A DNA stretch of 64,000 nt from Camelus ferus (Eukaryota): positions 60,018,001 through 60,082,000 of the forward strand of contig NC_045697.1 in NCBI RefSeq assembly GCF_009834535.1, read 5' to 3'. Positions 25,066-38,362 of this stretch are shown one piece after another. The notes under the pieces are model-generated. The model had not been told where the DNA came from and searched no databases. It was given only the letters and a program-made list of their open reading frames with translations. Position 1 is the first letter of the stretch; each line of letters opens with the position of its first letter. A program made the translations under genes and the position numbers.

Positions 25066-27854
25066 TGTTTAAGTATATAAGATATTGACTGTATTTTATT
25101 AGGCCTTAGTGTTAAAATTTATAAAAAGGATGCTATATCCTTCAGTTTATTTCTTACAGAAAAAGCAAAAAAATAAAAATTTACACTCAGTGCATGGATA
25201 GGTATAGCCAAAACCACATATATTGGGTTATGTGGGCTATGTGGCTTATGGGTTAAAAACGCTTAGGATGTTCAGCCCCATAGTTGTTTTGACAGTTTAT
25301 CCAAATGGTCAAAGCATTATAAGCCTATTAAGTACAAAGTACTACAGTTGGCCTAAATACCATGAAATGGAATCTTTCAAAATCATTTCTTGAGGTTTTA
25401 GAATAGAGAAGGAGTATCTTTTTCTTAGTGATCATGACTTAAGGATATATTGGAATCTACTGTTTGGTTGTTCCATTGATTATATCTTGATGCCACTATA
25501 GTAGATTATAACTTAGTAGATTATGGCATATAAGGCTATTAAATAAGAGTTAAGAGAGGTATTTGCAGAAGTGAGACAGCAGTGGAACATCAACAGTGAA
25601 CACAGTAAGAAGTGGAAATCTGTAGGGAGAAGGAGGTCCATAAAGACAAATTTGATTCTGAATTCTGACTGTATTATATATTATTTTTCACTTTTGTGCT
25701 TGTTACTTATAGCTTTGTACTATTTTTCCTCATTTTAGAAAGAGGACTAATAATCCATCCTATGTTGTGTGTTTGTAAAAATCGAATGGTTTCTACATTT
25801 CATTTGTATTAGGTACATACACTTAACATTATAATATTTCTAAAATTAGTGTCAGTCCTACCATAGATAATGTACACAGTTTAATTGGTAATGTTTATTT
25901 TTCTTTCTTGGGAGTGCATAAACTGGATAATGTGTCTTTCAATTGATGGCTTTGATGAAATAGAGATATGTAATTCACCCTAGTGATTAATGGCCACAGA
26001 AGTTTTATTTTCCTTTCTTTTCTTTTTCTGGTTTTTTCATATTGCAGATTATTTATTCATATAGAAACATGTCTAAGAGCCTGTGCAAATAAAGGAAATG
26101 GGCAATCAGAAAAATTACGTAGGTATTTCATCCTAAGAATAAGATTTCATAAAAATTAAGCTTTATAGTAGACGTGTTTGAATTTGTATTATAAAGACAA
26201 TAAATCTGTTTATACTAATATAATCATTTATGTAAAAGGGATGGTAACAGATATAACTTCTTTGATGGATGATATTGTAAAGGAAATTAAAAGACTCCTT
26301 GACTTTCTCAGGGAAGATTCACACTGTGTCTCCATGATTGGACTTCTTTTCTCTGCTAGTGTGTGTGTGAGTGATACCATAAAACTGTAGACCAAGCCTA
26401 GTTTTCCAACACCCAAGTTGTTGAATTTCCCATGATTTTAGGAGAATTCTTGAGCTATCAAGTAACTGTATAATAAAACAAAGGCCACCTTTCATTTAAA
26501 GTTTAAAAATGTGCCACATTGGTTATTTTTCCAACTCCTTTAAGATGTGTTAATCAGAAAATACTTTATTTAAAGAACAATTAGTTAGAAACCTCATATT
26601 TAACATGGGTGAAAACAGAGCTGCTCACATTCAAAAAGACAATGTGATCCAATGTCATCTCTGTCTTCCCTCTCTTACACCCTTTCTCCCAGGAGGGTCC
26701 TGAGGGAGTTAGGTCTTTGGAACAGCCAGGGCACAGTTGGCAAACTACTTCCACAAAGTATAGGTGCATAGAACGTGAGAGTGCTATCATCTAAAAGTGA
26801 AACTCTGTGTTGAAATTTGAAAACAAATTGAGAATGACTCAACAACTTTATTTTTTAAGAGTGATTTCATCTGTTTCTAATTTCAAGAAAGATTTTTTAA
26901 ACTGTATACATTCCGAAAGAGATAGTAAGATGTGAAAATGTTTAAGTATTGTAGCAGTTAAGAGTTGTTCTTGATTGCTCACTCACTATAAATGGAGCTG
27001 TACTCTATTTTGAGAATTCAGAAGAAAATATGTTGACCCTGGAGCTCAATAACAAAACAAATAACAAAAAAACAAGAAAAATCATTTGATGTCAGACTAT
27101 ACTTTGATAAAGATGATGCTGAAATTCTCACTGCTCTTGAATTTAAGGATGGTATTAATTCTTTGAAACCTTAAAGGTAACTAGCCAATATAGACTGAAT
27201 AGACAGTGATAATTTCTCAAAAATACTAGTTGCAGTGCCTCTGTATCCAGGATGATTATTTTTTAACAAATATTTTATTTTAGTGGTGAGATTCCCTTGT
27301 AAACAATAACCAATACATGTTGAACTCTAACAAAAAATTTTTACTGGATTTTTATTTTTATTGATACATGCCAAGCTACATACAATTAGTTTCTTTCCTT
27401 TCCTTATGTCTGCAATTTGGAATTACTAGCAGGATATTATTTTTTAATTGATCTTGCAGATATTTACCAACATTTATTCAACATCTACCTTTCATGTGTA
27501 AAAGAACATATTCTACTTAATAGCTTTTCCTTAACACTGTGTATACAAAAATGGGAAAAAAAATCCTGTAACACTGATTATGTGTTAAAAACTAGACTAG
27601 TAACAGCCAGAATAAGAAATTTTTCATAAAAATTGTTTAATGCATATGATTTGGCACTTTTTTATAAAAATTAAATCTAAAGTATTAATTTTTTTGAAAG
27701 TAGTGTTTGATTTATATCAAATATGAGGTGGTAGATGTATGCACATATAAATATATATAATCATATGTAAATAAATACATATAAATAATTCAAAACTATA
27801 TTTACTATCTGGAGATATTTTTAATTAGAAAATTGTCTAACTTAACCACCATCT

Positions 27855-28017
27855 TCCTCTCTGTTACTACAAGTTAGGCTTTTCAAAATTTTACATGTGA
27901 ATGATATCATTCTGTATTTGCCTTTCTCTGTATTTCACTTAGAAGAATGTCCTCAGGGTCAATCCACATTGTCACAAATGGCAGGGTTTCCTTCCTTCTC
28001 ATGGCTGAATAATATTC

Positions 28018-28064
<47 letters not shown>

Positions 28065-28262
28065 AATGATATCTTCTTTAGCCATTTATCTGTCCATGGA
28101 CACTTAGGTTGTTTTCAGTTCTTGGCTACTGTAAAAAATGCTGCAGTAAACATGGGGGCTGCAGATCTCTTTGAGATAATGACTTCATTTCTTTTGAATA
28201 TGTATGTATTCAGAAGTGGGATTGCTGAATTATATAGTAGTTCTATTTTTAATTTTTATTAT
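27855..28262 (-). mobile_element. L1MA-type 3' UTR/ORF2-end fragment
   Basis: atccacattgtcacaaatggcagggtttccttc...ggacacttaggttgtttt...gaagtgggattgctgaattatat. Confidence 0.85.
28023..28060. repeat. (TG)19 microsatellite
   Basis: Perfect dinucleotide run inside the L1. Confidence 0.97.
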
Positions 28263-29536
28263 AACAAAAGTAAGTTAAGAAGCATGTGCATGCACATATA
28301 CGTGCAGTGAAAGAGATGTTCTATTTACTAATCTAAGAGATTTTCAGATGTATGATAATAAGTATCTATAAGTAACAAAGTAATGTTTCCCTATTATATT
28401 ACTTGAAAATTTATTTATAAAAATAAATTTTTATAAAAAACAAGCATTAAATAAAAGTAATTTCACATCTTTCTATTTAGTATTGTGAAATTTACTATTA
28501 AAATCAATCATTTAAGTATTTACATGCATATTTGCATGCTCATAAGTAAGAAGTCAGAGACATAAGGAAAGGCATTAACAAACATTTTAGAAAGAAACAT
28601 ATATATACACATACATATTCAGCAAACCATTTTAATGGAGTTTTAGAGCTTCTAAGTATAGGGATTATTATTTGGAATTAGGGAAGATACATTAAAATAT
28701 TACAAAAGCTAAACTATATGAGAAAATATTTAGAGAATTCCCAAATTATAGGATATGATTGAATTGCTTCTTTTCTTTATGTCTAATACACATTAGCAAT
28801 ATAATTCTTGCATGAGAGGTATTTTCCCTTTGTCCTCTTAACCACAGGATTTAAATGTGAGTGGTTTTATATGAAAATGTGATCCTGTATTCCCAGGAAT
28901 TTTTTTTTATTTCTTGAGCCCAGATTTTTCATAACTCCAATAACTGATCCCTTATCTTTTAAAACTTGTTTAGTCTTTGAAATCTTTTAAATAATTGAAA
29001 TCTAAGCAATAATTATTTACACTTGAATATAGTACTCTGAATCCTCTGGTGAGGTTTTTTCTAGGTACCAAAGTGGTAATTCCCTTAATTACAGGTAAAA
29101 CATGCTGTATAAAATATATAGCAAATTAATTGGTTCTAAATTATTACCTAGAGGTAGTAGCTTCAGATACAATTTTGCTGGAGTAAGGAACAGGGAAATT
29201 TCTGTTGCTGAGAAATTTATTATTCTCCCTATATTTCTGTATCAATTCCTCCTTGAAATAACCACATTCTTTGGAAAGCCAACTTAGGGCAGAACAGTCT
29301 TTGCTATACCTCATTTACTTGATTTATCTAGAAAAGAGTCAGTAGCAACTTTCAAATCTTAGAATAAACTTGAAGAAGTCAGTAAAATGAATTATGTTGA
29401 AATATACTGAAGAGGTCAGAGAAATGTTGAGTTGCATGCTGCCTACCTAAATCTAGATCAAGAATAAATAGCCCTTTTAAATGTTTCCAAATAGTATTTA
29501 TTAGTATATGAGATTTGGGAATTAAAAATGTACCTG

Positions 29537-29635
29537 ATAGACTTCTAGCCTTCAGAACTGTGAGAAACTAAATTTCTGTTGTGTAAGCCACCACTGTATG
29601 GTACTGTGTTTTGGTAGCCTGAACAAATTAAGACA
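29537..29635 (+). mobile_element. MLT1 LTR 3' fragment
   Basis: gacttctagccttcagaactgtgagaaactaaatttctgttgtgtaagccac...aaattaagaca. Confidence 0.8.
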
Positions 29636-30943
29636 AAATATTATGTGAAGTAATAATTAAGCAGCCATGTATTCAATTAAGAACTTACTTGCTACCTCAC
29701 ATGAGAATTATGACTCCTCCAGGTATTTATTGAATATTTATTTACATCAGAGAACTAATAAAACAATGAATTTAGATATTAAATATGCACACACTTGCAT
29801 ACACTAATTTTATATTACAGCTGAGCAAAGATTAGGGCTCAGGGTAAAATGACAATATGCATATTAAAATATAAAATGATACTCTTAATTTCTTTATAGC
29901 TTATATGGACTTATAACTCAGATTCTCTTCATATTAAGATTTTCAAAGAAGAAATTAAAAATATATTATGTCTCTGAAACTCACATTGAAATAACAGCAT
30001 CAAAGACAATGCCATTTAATTGAACCAGTAAATATAACTTAAATTCCTATTTATAAATGATTAGGGAAAAAATTATTTTTATATTAAAACAACTTCCAGG
30101 ATCAAGGAAGATATGTTTTTTTTAAAATAATTCATGAGTGAAGCGTGTTTAGTTATGTGGTTGGCTTAGCTAGGTTATGTTACAAAAAATGTGGTAGGCA
30201 TGAAATCAATTCATTACGAGATAAACTGGAAAAAAAAAAACTTTACAAAATGAATTGCCCTTCTCAATGGCAGCAATATAAGGGAAACGAGTGAAAATAT
30301 GTAAAAGCAATTTGGAAAATTAGAAATTAGGTATACCCATTGTGGACTCCACATATTCCAAACTTCACTTTTTGAAATAATTTTGATAATAGTATAGATT
30401 TAATCACTATGAAATAAAACTATAAGCAATGTGGCCCTTTATATAACTAGGATTTATCTAATAATATACTATAATTTTGATTGGCCAAAAAAAGTACAAA
30501 TATAATAGTTCAAAGTGGTTCAGCAACTTCCAAAGACAGCTTCAGGTTCAAGACTGATCCAGTCTCAAAGGGCTCTTACTCTTTAGAAAGGCCAAGTTAC
30601 TAATTCTTGGTATTAGTTTATTATGTTTGGAAAACTCTGTTATATAGTTTTGAAAAATACAGACCACAACGATTAACTAATTGAGTTTTTCAGTTAAGAT
30701 TTTGCTTATATGAAGTGTAAAAATACTGGTTTAAAACTAAATTTTTGTTTTTTTACTTCGGACTGTCTGATGACATAGAAGTCAAGCTGATACAAAATTA
30801 CCTTGGGGATCTAAGGGGATCTCTTTTTGAGAAATCTTTTCTCCTAACAAAACAAACAATATATATAATCTGTCGAAGATATTTTACCCTAAAATAGTCA
30901 GAGGCACCCTAACATGGCTCATTGGTCGCATTATGGTTAAAAC

Positions 30944-31430
30944 AATATTAATTTTCTATTTCTGCATAACAGATTGCCCCAAATTTAGTGGCTTGACATA
31001 AATGTATTATTTCACAGTTTCTGTGGTTGTATTTCTGGGCCCTAGCTGGGTTCTTCACTTCAGGATCTCTCATAGGTTACATAGTGTTCTCTGGGCCAAA
31101 GTCATTTCAATGCTCAACTGAGCAGCATGTTAGTGGAAATCAATTTCTAGTGGTTTGTTGGACTGATTCTATCCTTAGTTCCTTGACAGGTGGGCCTTTC
31201 TCATATGGCAGCTTACTAATTACACCCTACAAGCCTGGAAGGCATTAGAACCCGTCTGTTGGCAGGAGATAAATGCGAGTCTTTCCTAACCTAATCATGG
31301 AGGTTATGGGTTATAACCATACTGCTTGTTTGTTGGTTAGAGGTGACGGTGTCTGACGTACTCTCAAGGAGAGGAGATGACCCAAGAGGCAAGCATCAGA
31401 GAGGACCATCTTTGAAAGTGGTCTACCATA
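30944..31430 (-). mobile_element. MLT1F/G-type MaLR LTR
   Basis: gcataacagattgccccaaatttagtggctt...tcacagtttctgtgg...cctaatcatggagg...ggaccatctttgaaagtggtctaccata. Confidence 0.8.
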
Positions 31431-31854
31431 GTACCTATTAAGTTTGTCAATTTTTTTTCAACTTTGTATATCCATTTAGACATTAAGTCCACTTTATCAT
31501 TGAGATAGTTAATGAAATGAAAGTATGGTGAGTGAAATTTACACACAATATAAATTCAGTACAGAAGTTTTTCAGCAAATTCATGTATTAACAGTTGTAA
31601 AGAGCTATTTAAAATAAGAAACTGTCTCTAGTAAAGAGAACCAAATGAAGTAGTTGTGAAAACGTTGGCAATACAGATGTCTATAGCCCCAAGGGACTGC
31701 ACTTGTGCTTTATGTGAATTTAAAAGGACTGCACTCAGATTCCTCTAAAGTAATATGGGTTCTGCTGAGGTACTTACAGTTAGCTGAGCTAGCCAAAGGT
31801 AAGGACAGAAACATGAAGGTAAACACATATCAGCCTGAGACTGAGTTACAGTTA

Positions 31855-32075
31855 TCATTGTCATTACTTAACGTAAGAGCTGCATACTATTTTCCATGTA
31901 ATGCTCTAAGTATTTTATAACATTAATTGAGTTTGTGCACATAGTAACCCCAGGAAGTTGATATTATTAATATTTGCATTTTACAGGTGGGGAAACTGAT
32001 GCAAAGATAGGTTAAGTCACTCACTAAGAAGTAAAAGCTGGACTTGAACTTAGGCAATGTGGCTTTAGTCTCTGG
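31855..32075 (-). mobile_element. MIR SINE
   Basis: cattttacaggtggggaaactgatgcaaagataggttaagtcac...gctggacttgaacttaggcaatgtggc. Confidence 0.8.
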
Positions 32076-32659
32076 AAAACCACATACACTGCCTCAACTT
32101 AATAACAATTGGCAATGACTTATTATGTACTTGATTATGTTTCTGATTAATCACAATATGTATATGATACAGAAACTATTATTGTATTGATGAAACTCAC
32201 ACAGTGAGAGGACAAGGAACAATCCAAAGCCAGGCAGCTAATAAAATGTAGTGGAAAGTATAGAAAAACCTAAAAAAAGAAGACCTATACCACTGAATTA
32301 AAAATGAAATTAATTAATTGTAAGTGCTTAAACCAAACAGTTGAATGAAAAATATTAGATGTGATAGATTAGATTCTTCTGGCTTTAAAAACATAACTGT
32401 TTCTGGATTGTTAACATAAAGATTCAAATAAGAGAAAGGTTGACACATATAACTTGACCTGTTTCAAGAAATACCAAAATAGCTTATAAATAGTTAGCAC
32501 TTTAAGTCAATGGAAATCACAATTAATCTATTTTCATTTGTAGGCTTCACTAAGATCAAATATGTTCTAGATATATAAATATTAATCTTTAACCTAAGGA
32601 CTGAAGATAATTCAGTAACATATTTCATGATCCCTATACTGTTTTGTATCTTTTTTTTT

Positions 32660-34480
32660 TATAATTTTAACATCAGAAACCAATTATGAACTACTTGAGA
32701 GTTACTTTAAGAGATTATTTTCCTTAACCACTAAAAACCTTAGTACACGTTTCACATGCACATTTTCTCATTTAACCATACTGAAATATTAAAATTTTAA
32801 AACCTAACATTTATATATTTCTATTTAATCAATAATACTTTTTCAAGTGAACTATTAATTATCAATTGTGCCAGTAATATTTTTACACATTTTTCATTCT
32901 TGCCTCAAATTCACTCTAGGACAACATTACATTTAGTGATTATTTGTCTTTATTCTCCTTTAATCTGGAACATTTTTCTTTCATGTATTTTGAAGACTGT
33001 TTTCCAGGAGTTTTACAAAAACTAACCAGTTTTTTTTTTTTTGTGAAATTGTCCCTCAATTTGGGTTTATGTGATGTTCCTTCATGGTTAGATTTGAGTT
33101 CTCCAATTTTGGCAAGAATACTACAAAACTGTTGTGTATTTCTCAGTGCATCATATTAGTATGTATGTGGTGAGATTATTCCAGTATTGGTAGTATTAAA
33201 TGATCATTTTGAATAAAGTATATATGCTAGGACTACCCACTATAAACTTATTTTTCTCTTTATAATTAATAGGTAATATGTGGGGATATAGTTTGAGACT
33301 CCATTGTCTCAATATCCTGTTCCTCTTGAGAGTTTCTTACACTGGTTTTAGCATCCACTGACAATTTGCTATCTCCATTATAATGTAAATTGGCATTCTA
33401 CTGTAAGAAGGAGCTTCCTGCCATCTCCTTCATATCTTTTAGTATAGAATTTATGGTTTCTCACTTTATTTTGTCAGCTATTATCTATTACTATCATTAT
33501 TGATTTGGGTTTCCACATTTATGTACATTATGATTTCAATTATTTGACATTTGTTGAGACTTATTGTTTGAGTAAGGTAATGAAAACTTGATCAGAATGT
33601 TCTGTGCTCACTTGAATGAAATGTGAAATGTGTAATTAGTGTTCTATATTAACATAATTATGGTATTTGATAGTGCTTTTCAGTTTTTCTACATTCTTAC
33701 AGTTTATTTTCTGGTTCATCTGTCATTTGAGAGAATAATGTTAAAATTTTCCGAGTAAGATTATTGAATTGTCTACCTAACCCTTTATTTTTGTCAATTT
33801 TTGCTTAATATATTTTTAAACTGTGTTACCAGGTACATATGTATTTACAATTGATATGTCTCTTTGATGAATTGCCATTCAATCATTATGAAATACTAGT
33901 CTTTAACTCTGGTACACTCCTTGTTCTCAAGGATATTTTGTCTGTTCTTAATACAGCCATTCAGGTGTTCTTATTCTTAATGTTCACATGGTATTTCTAT
34001 TTCTGTTCTCTTACTTTATAGCTGTATGTGTTTCTATATTAAAAGTATGGTTCTAGGAGACAGTTACAAGGTATGGCTTTGGATTTTATCCAGTTAGAGA
34101 ATTACTGCATTTTAATTGATTTATTTCATTTATATTTAATTATTGACATATAATTATTGACATTTTACTGACTGTTTTCTCTATTGTGTCAAATTTGTCT
34201 TCTGTTCCTTGTTTCTAGCATTTTGGGGGATAAATTTTTTTCTACACCCATTTTAATTCTTATATTGACTTTTCTGCTATACCACTTTTTATTACTTTTT
34301 GGTGGTGGTTTTAAGAATTACACTACACATCCTTAACCATTATACTCTACTTCCAGTCAATGTTTTATTATCTCACTTAGAATATAATAATCTTGTAATA
34401 ATACTGTTTTATCCCCCTGATCTTTTTGCTTTTTTCTTTTATCATGTACATATTGAATCTACCTAGATTAAAGACACTAA
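32660..34480 (-). mobile_element. Old L1M (MC/ME) fragments: 3' UTR, then ORF2-EN and spacer
   Basis: tgtccctcaatttgggtttatgtgatgttccttcatggttagatt (3' UTR); gatgaattgccattcaatcattatgaaat and atacagccattcagg (reverse EN region). Confidence 0.7.
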
Positions 34481-34496
34481 ATATGGTCAATGTTTT

Positions 34497-37400
34497 CTTT
34501 TTCATTAATCTTTTCTGCTTTTTAAATCTCTGTTTATTTCCTCTCTGATATTTATTATATTCTTCCTTCTGCTGACTTTGGGCTTTCTTTTTTCTTCTTT
34601 TTCTCATTTCTTAAATGGTAGGTTAGATTATTTATTTGAGAGTTTTATTTCTTAAAATATATCAGTATCTGTATAAATTTCCTCTTAGAACTGCTTTTGC
34701 TGCATCCTATAGATTTTTGAAAGTTGTATTCTTTAAATTTTCATTTGTCCTAAGGTATTTTATGATTTCCTCTTTGATTTCTTCACTGACCCATTGGGTT
34801 TTTTTAGTAGCATGTGGTTTAGTCCCCACATGTTTGTGTTTTTCCCAGTCATCTTTCTGTAATTGATTTCTAGTTTTATACCATTGTGGTCAGAAGATGC
34901 TTTATATGTGGTCAGAAAGATGCTTTATATAATTTCCCTCCTCTTAAGTTTGTTGAGACTTATTTTGTGGCCTAGCATGTGGTCTATCCTAGAGAACATT
35001 TCATGTGTACTTGAAAAGAATGTGTATTCTGCTCTTTTTGGATGGAATGTCCTGTAGACATCTATTAAGTTCATTTGGTCTAATGTGTCATTTAAGATCA
35101 CTGTTTCCTTATTGACTTTATATCTGTTGCTGTTAGTGGGGCATTAACGTCCCTTACTATTATTATATTACTGTCAGTTTCTCCCTTTATGTCTTATTAA
35201 TTTTGCTTCATTTATTTAGGTGCTCCTAAATTAGGTGCATATATGTTTAAGAATGTTATCTCCTCTTCTTGTATCATTATATAATGACCTTTATCATTAT
35301 ATAATGCCCTTCTTTGTCTTTTATTATAGACTTGGTTTTAAAATCTGCTTTGTCTGATATGAATATTTCTACCTCAGCTTTCTTTTAATTTCCTTTTTCA
35401 TGGAATCTTTTTTTATCCCCTCACTTTCTGTTCATGTGTCTTTATAGCTCCAAAATGAGTCTTGTAGGCAGCATGTAGATGGGTCTTGTTTTTTTTTGTT
35501 TGTTTGTTTGTTTGTTTAATTGAATCAGCCACCCTATGTCTTTTGATTGGAGCATTTAGTCCATTGAAATTTAAAGCAATTATTAATAAGTATGTACTGT
35601 TGCCACTTTGTCACTTGTTTTCTGGTTGCTGTGTAGTTTTGCCTGTTCTTTTCTTCTTTTAGTCTCTTCTCTTGTGGTTTCATAATTTGTGTTAGTGGTA
35701 TGCTTATGTTCCTTTCTCTCTAACATTTTAGTGCATGTTATAGGTTTTTGATACACGGTTACCATGGGTTCTATGTATGTTGACCTACAGCTGTATCTAC
35801 TTTTTAAAAACTTGTAGTAATGTAAGTTCAAACATTCTAAAAGATCTGCATTTTTAACTCCCTTCTCCCACATTTTGTGTTTTCAATGTCATATTTTAAT
35901 TCTCATGTTTATCCATTAACTGTTTATTGTAGTTATATTTTGTTACCTTTTTGTTGTCTTTTAATCTTTGCACTTACTTAAGTAGTTAATGTATAACATT
36001 TACTATATATTTGCATCTGTCAGTGAGATTTTCCCTTTTGAGTAATTTCTTATTTCTTGTTGTAGTCTTTTCTTTTTCACTTGAAGAAGCACTTTTAGCA
36101 CCTCTTGTAAAGTCAGTTTAGTGTCTATAAACTCTTTTGGTTTTGCTTGTCTGAGAATTTTTTTTAACCTCTCTTTCAATTTTGAATGATAACCTTGCTG
36201 GATAGGGTATCCTAGGTGGTAGGTTTTTCCCTTTTAGAATTTTAAATACATAATGATATTCCCTCCTGGCCTTCAAAGGTTCTGTTAAAAAGTCAGCTCA
36301 TAGCTTTATGAGGGTTCCATTTTATGTGATTCTTTGTTCTTCTCTTGCTACCCTTAGAATTCTCTTGTTAACATTTGTTGTTTTAATTATGTGATATGTC
36401 TTGGTGTGGGTCTCTTTGGGCTCATCTTGTTTGATATTCTCTGTGCTTCTTGTCCCTGAATATCTGTTTCCTTCTTCAGGTTTGGGACATTTTCCACCAT
36501 AATTTCATCAAGTACATTTCTGCACTTTTCTCTCACTTTTCTTCTTTGGTACCCATATAATGTGAATGTTAGTATACTTGATGTTGTCCTAGAGGTTCCT
36601 TAAGTTATTCTCATTTTTTTAATTTGTTTTACTTTTTGCTGTTTGGATTGAATATTTCCATTATTCTGTCATCCAGATCGTGTGTGCATTTTTCTGTTTC
36701 ACCTAATCTGTTAATTTCCTGTAGTATATTTTTCATTTCAGTTACTGTATTCTTCAGCTCTGACTGGTCATTTTTATATTTTCTAGTTCTTTGTTTAAAT
36801 TCGCAGTGTGTTCAAGCTATTCCATCCTACAATTTAGTTTGCTTTCTGATTACTTTTGCTTTGAACTCTATCAGGTAGATTATTTACATCTGTTTTTCTA
36901 AGAGTTTTTTTTTTCCTTATTCTTTTGCTTGAAACCCTATTCCACTATCTTCTCATTTTGTTTCACTTTCTCTGTCTCTGAATTTAGGTGAAATAGTTAC
37001 CTATCCTGCTCTTGAAGAGGTGTCCTTGTGTGGAAATGTTTTTATGCAGTCTGTGTGTACACAGCGTTTTGCATACGAAAGCTGGATCTGAAGTGAGCAT
37101 AGGCTGGCAGCCATCACCTTGGTGGGGGATGCGGCTTGAATTGGAGGGGCCAGAGCCAAATCTGGATGCAAATCTGAGTTTCTCCTGAGTATTATGGCAG
37201 TCACTGCCTTGGTTTGCAACATGGCTGGGACCTGATAGCTTGGGGTTGCCACTTCTATGCTGGTTTCACATTTTTCCCAGTGTGTGTGCCTTGGTTAGAA
37301 GCTGGGTCAGGGCCAGAGGGGTTGGTACCACACCACTGATATGGTCTCACCCTCTCCCAAGTATGCACGGGAATACACACTACAGTGATGGTGGTCTGTG

Positions 37401-38110
37401 CCCTGAAACTATCTTATGTCACCTGGGAGTATGTGTAGGGACATGAGAGCTGGTCATAGCTACCTTTGTGCTGGTTAGAGGCAGGGCTGGGATCCAACGG
37501 GGCTCTCTTTTCTCCAAGTATGAGTATTCTCACTGACAAAGGCAGCCACCTCCTTAGTGGTGAGCAGTGCCAGAACAAGAGGGGCTGGAGCATGAGCCTA
37601 TTTTGGGGTTTGGGGGCATGCTGGAGTGATCCTGGTAAGCCAGCCAGAGCCCCAAGCAGTTTTCAATCTGCTGCCTCCACACTGTTCCTGGGAGTAAGCA
37701 AAACTGTCTGTGCACTCTTCAAGAGTGGAGTCTTGGTTTCTTACAGCAGTTTGGTAAACCCCACTGGTTTTCAAACCACTAAAGGGGCTTGTCTTCCCAA
37801 TGTTGCACTGGGGTTTAAGTGCCTAATACATGAACAAACCTCTTGATTCCCAGGGATGATCCCAAAGCCTGTGATATCCTCTTCTTCTGTGTCTCCCACT
37901 AAGGGTGTGGATTCTGACCAGATCAGTTCTCCTCTCCTCCTACCGGATGTCACATGGATCTTCTTTATAACTTTGGTTGAAGTAGAGCTATTCTGCTAAT
38001 TCACAGGTTGATTCCAGTGAGTTACTCTATATGTAATTGTAGTTTTGATGTGCTCGTGAGGGAGGTGAGCCCAGCATCCTCTTACCCCACCATCTTGATC
38101 TCCTTCCTCC
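34497..38110 (-). mobile_element. L1 with an intact 5' end (5' UTR, ORF1, spacer, about first 1.1 kb of ORF2) and no 3' half
   Basis: The 5' terminus on the minus strand reads ggaggaaggagatcaagatggtgg (decayed YY1 caagatggcgg); GC-richer UTR about 37000-38110; ORF1 about 36050-37000; ORF2-EN about 34500-35590. Confidence 0.9.
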
Positions 38111-38354
38111 AGATAACATTTTTAAAGGGAAAGTAATACAATCAACAAAAATTTCTTTTAAGTTACTCTACTGTATAAAATATGGTGTTAAATTCAGGCA
38201 TGCTTAATTAATTTTTTTATTCCTTCCTGGTATCTGACTTAACTTATTAAACCACACTCTATACATAAATTTAGTATGTCAGATATTAAAATTAAATAGC
38301 TAGTCAACTTGTCAATTATTTTCAAAACATTTCCTTCCTATGAGAATAGAGAGG

Positions 38355-38362
38355 TGACGTCA
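38355..38362. promoter_or_regulatory. Full palindromic CRE (TGACGTCA)
   Basis: Exact CREB/ATF consensus with its CpG retained; function not shown. Confidence 0.3.

Noticed and set aside
26660..26780. Strong plus-strand polypyrimidine acceptor (...ctttctcccag|GAGGGT at 26693)
   Set aside because: Only weak donors follow, the peptide is unrecognised, and there is no partner exon.
37001..37953. Cluster of GC-richer ORFs or possible promoter island
   Set aside because: Decayed L1 5' UTR with almost all CpGs lost; not a CpG island.
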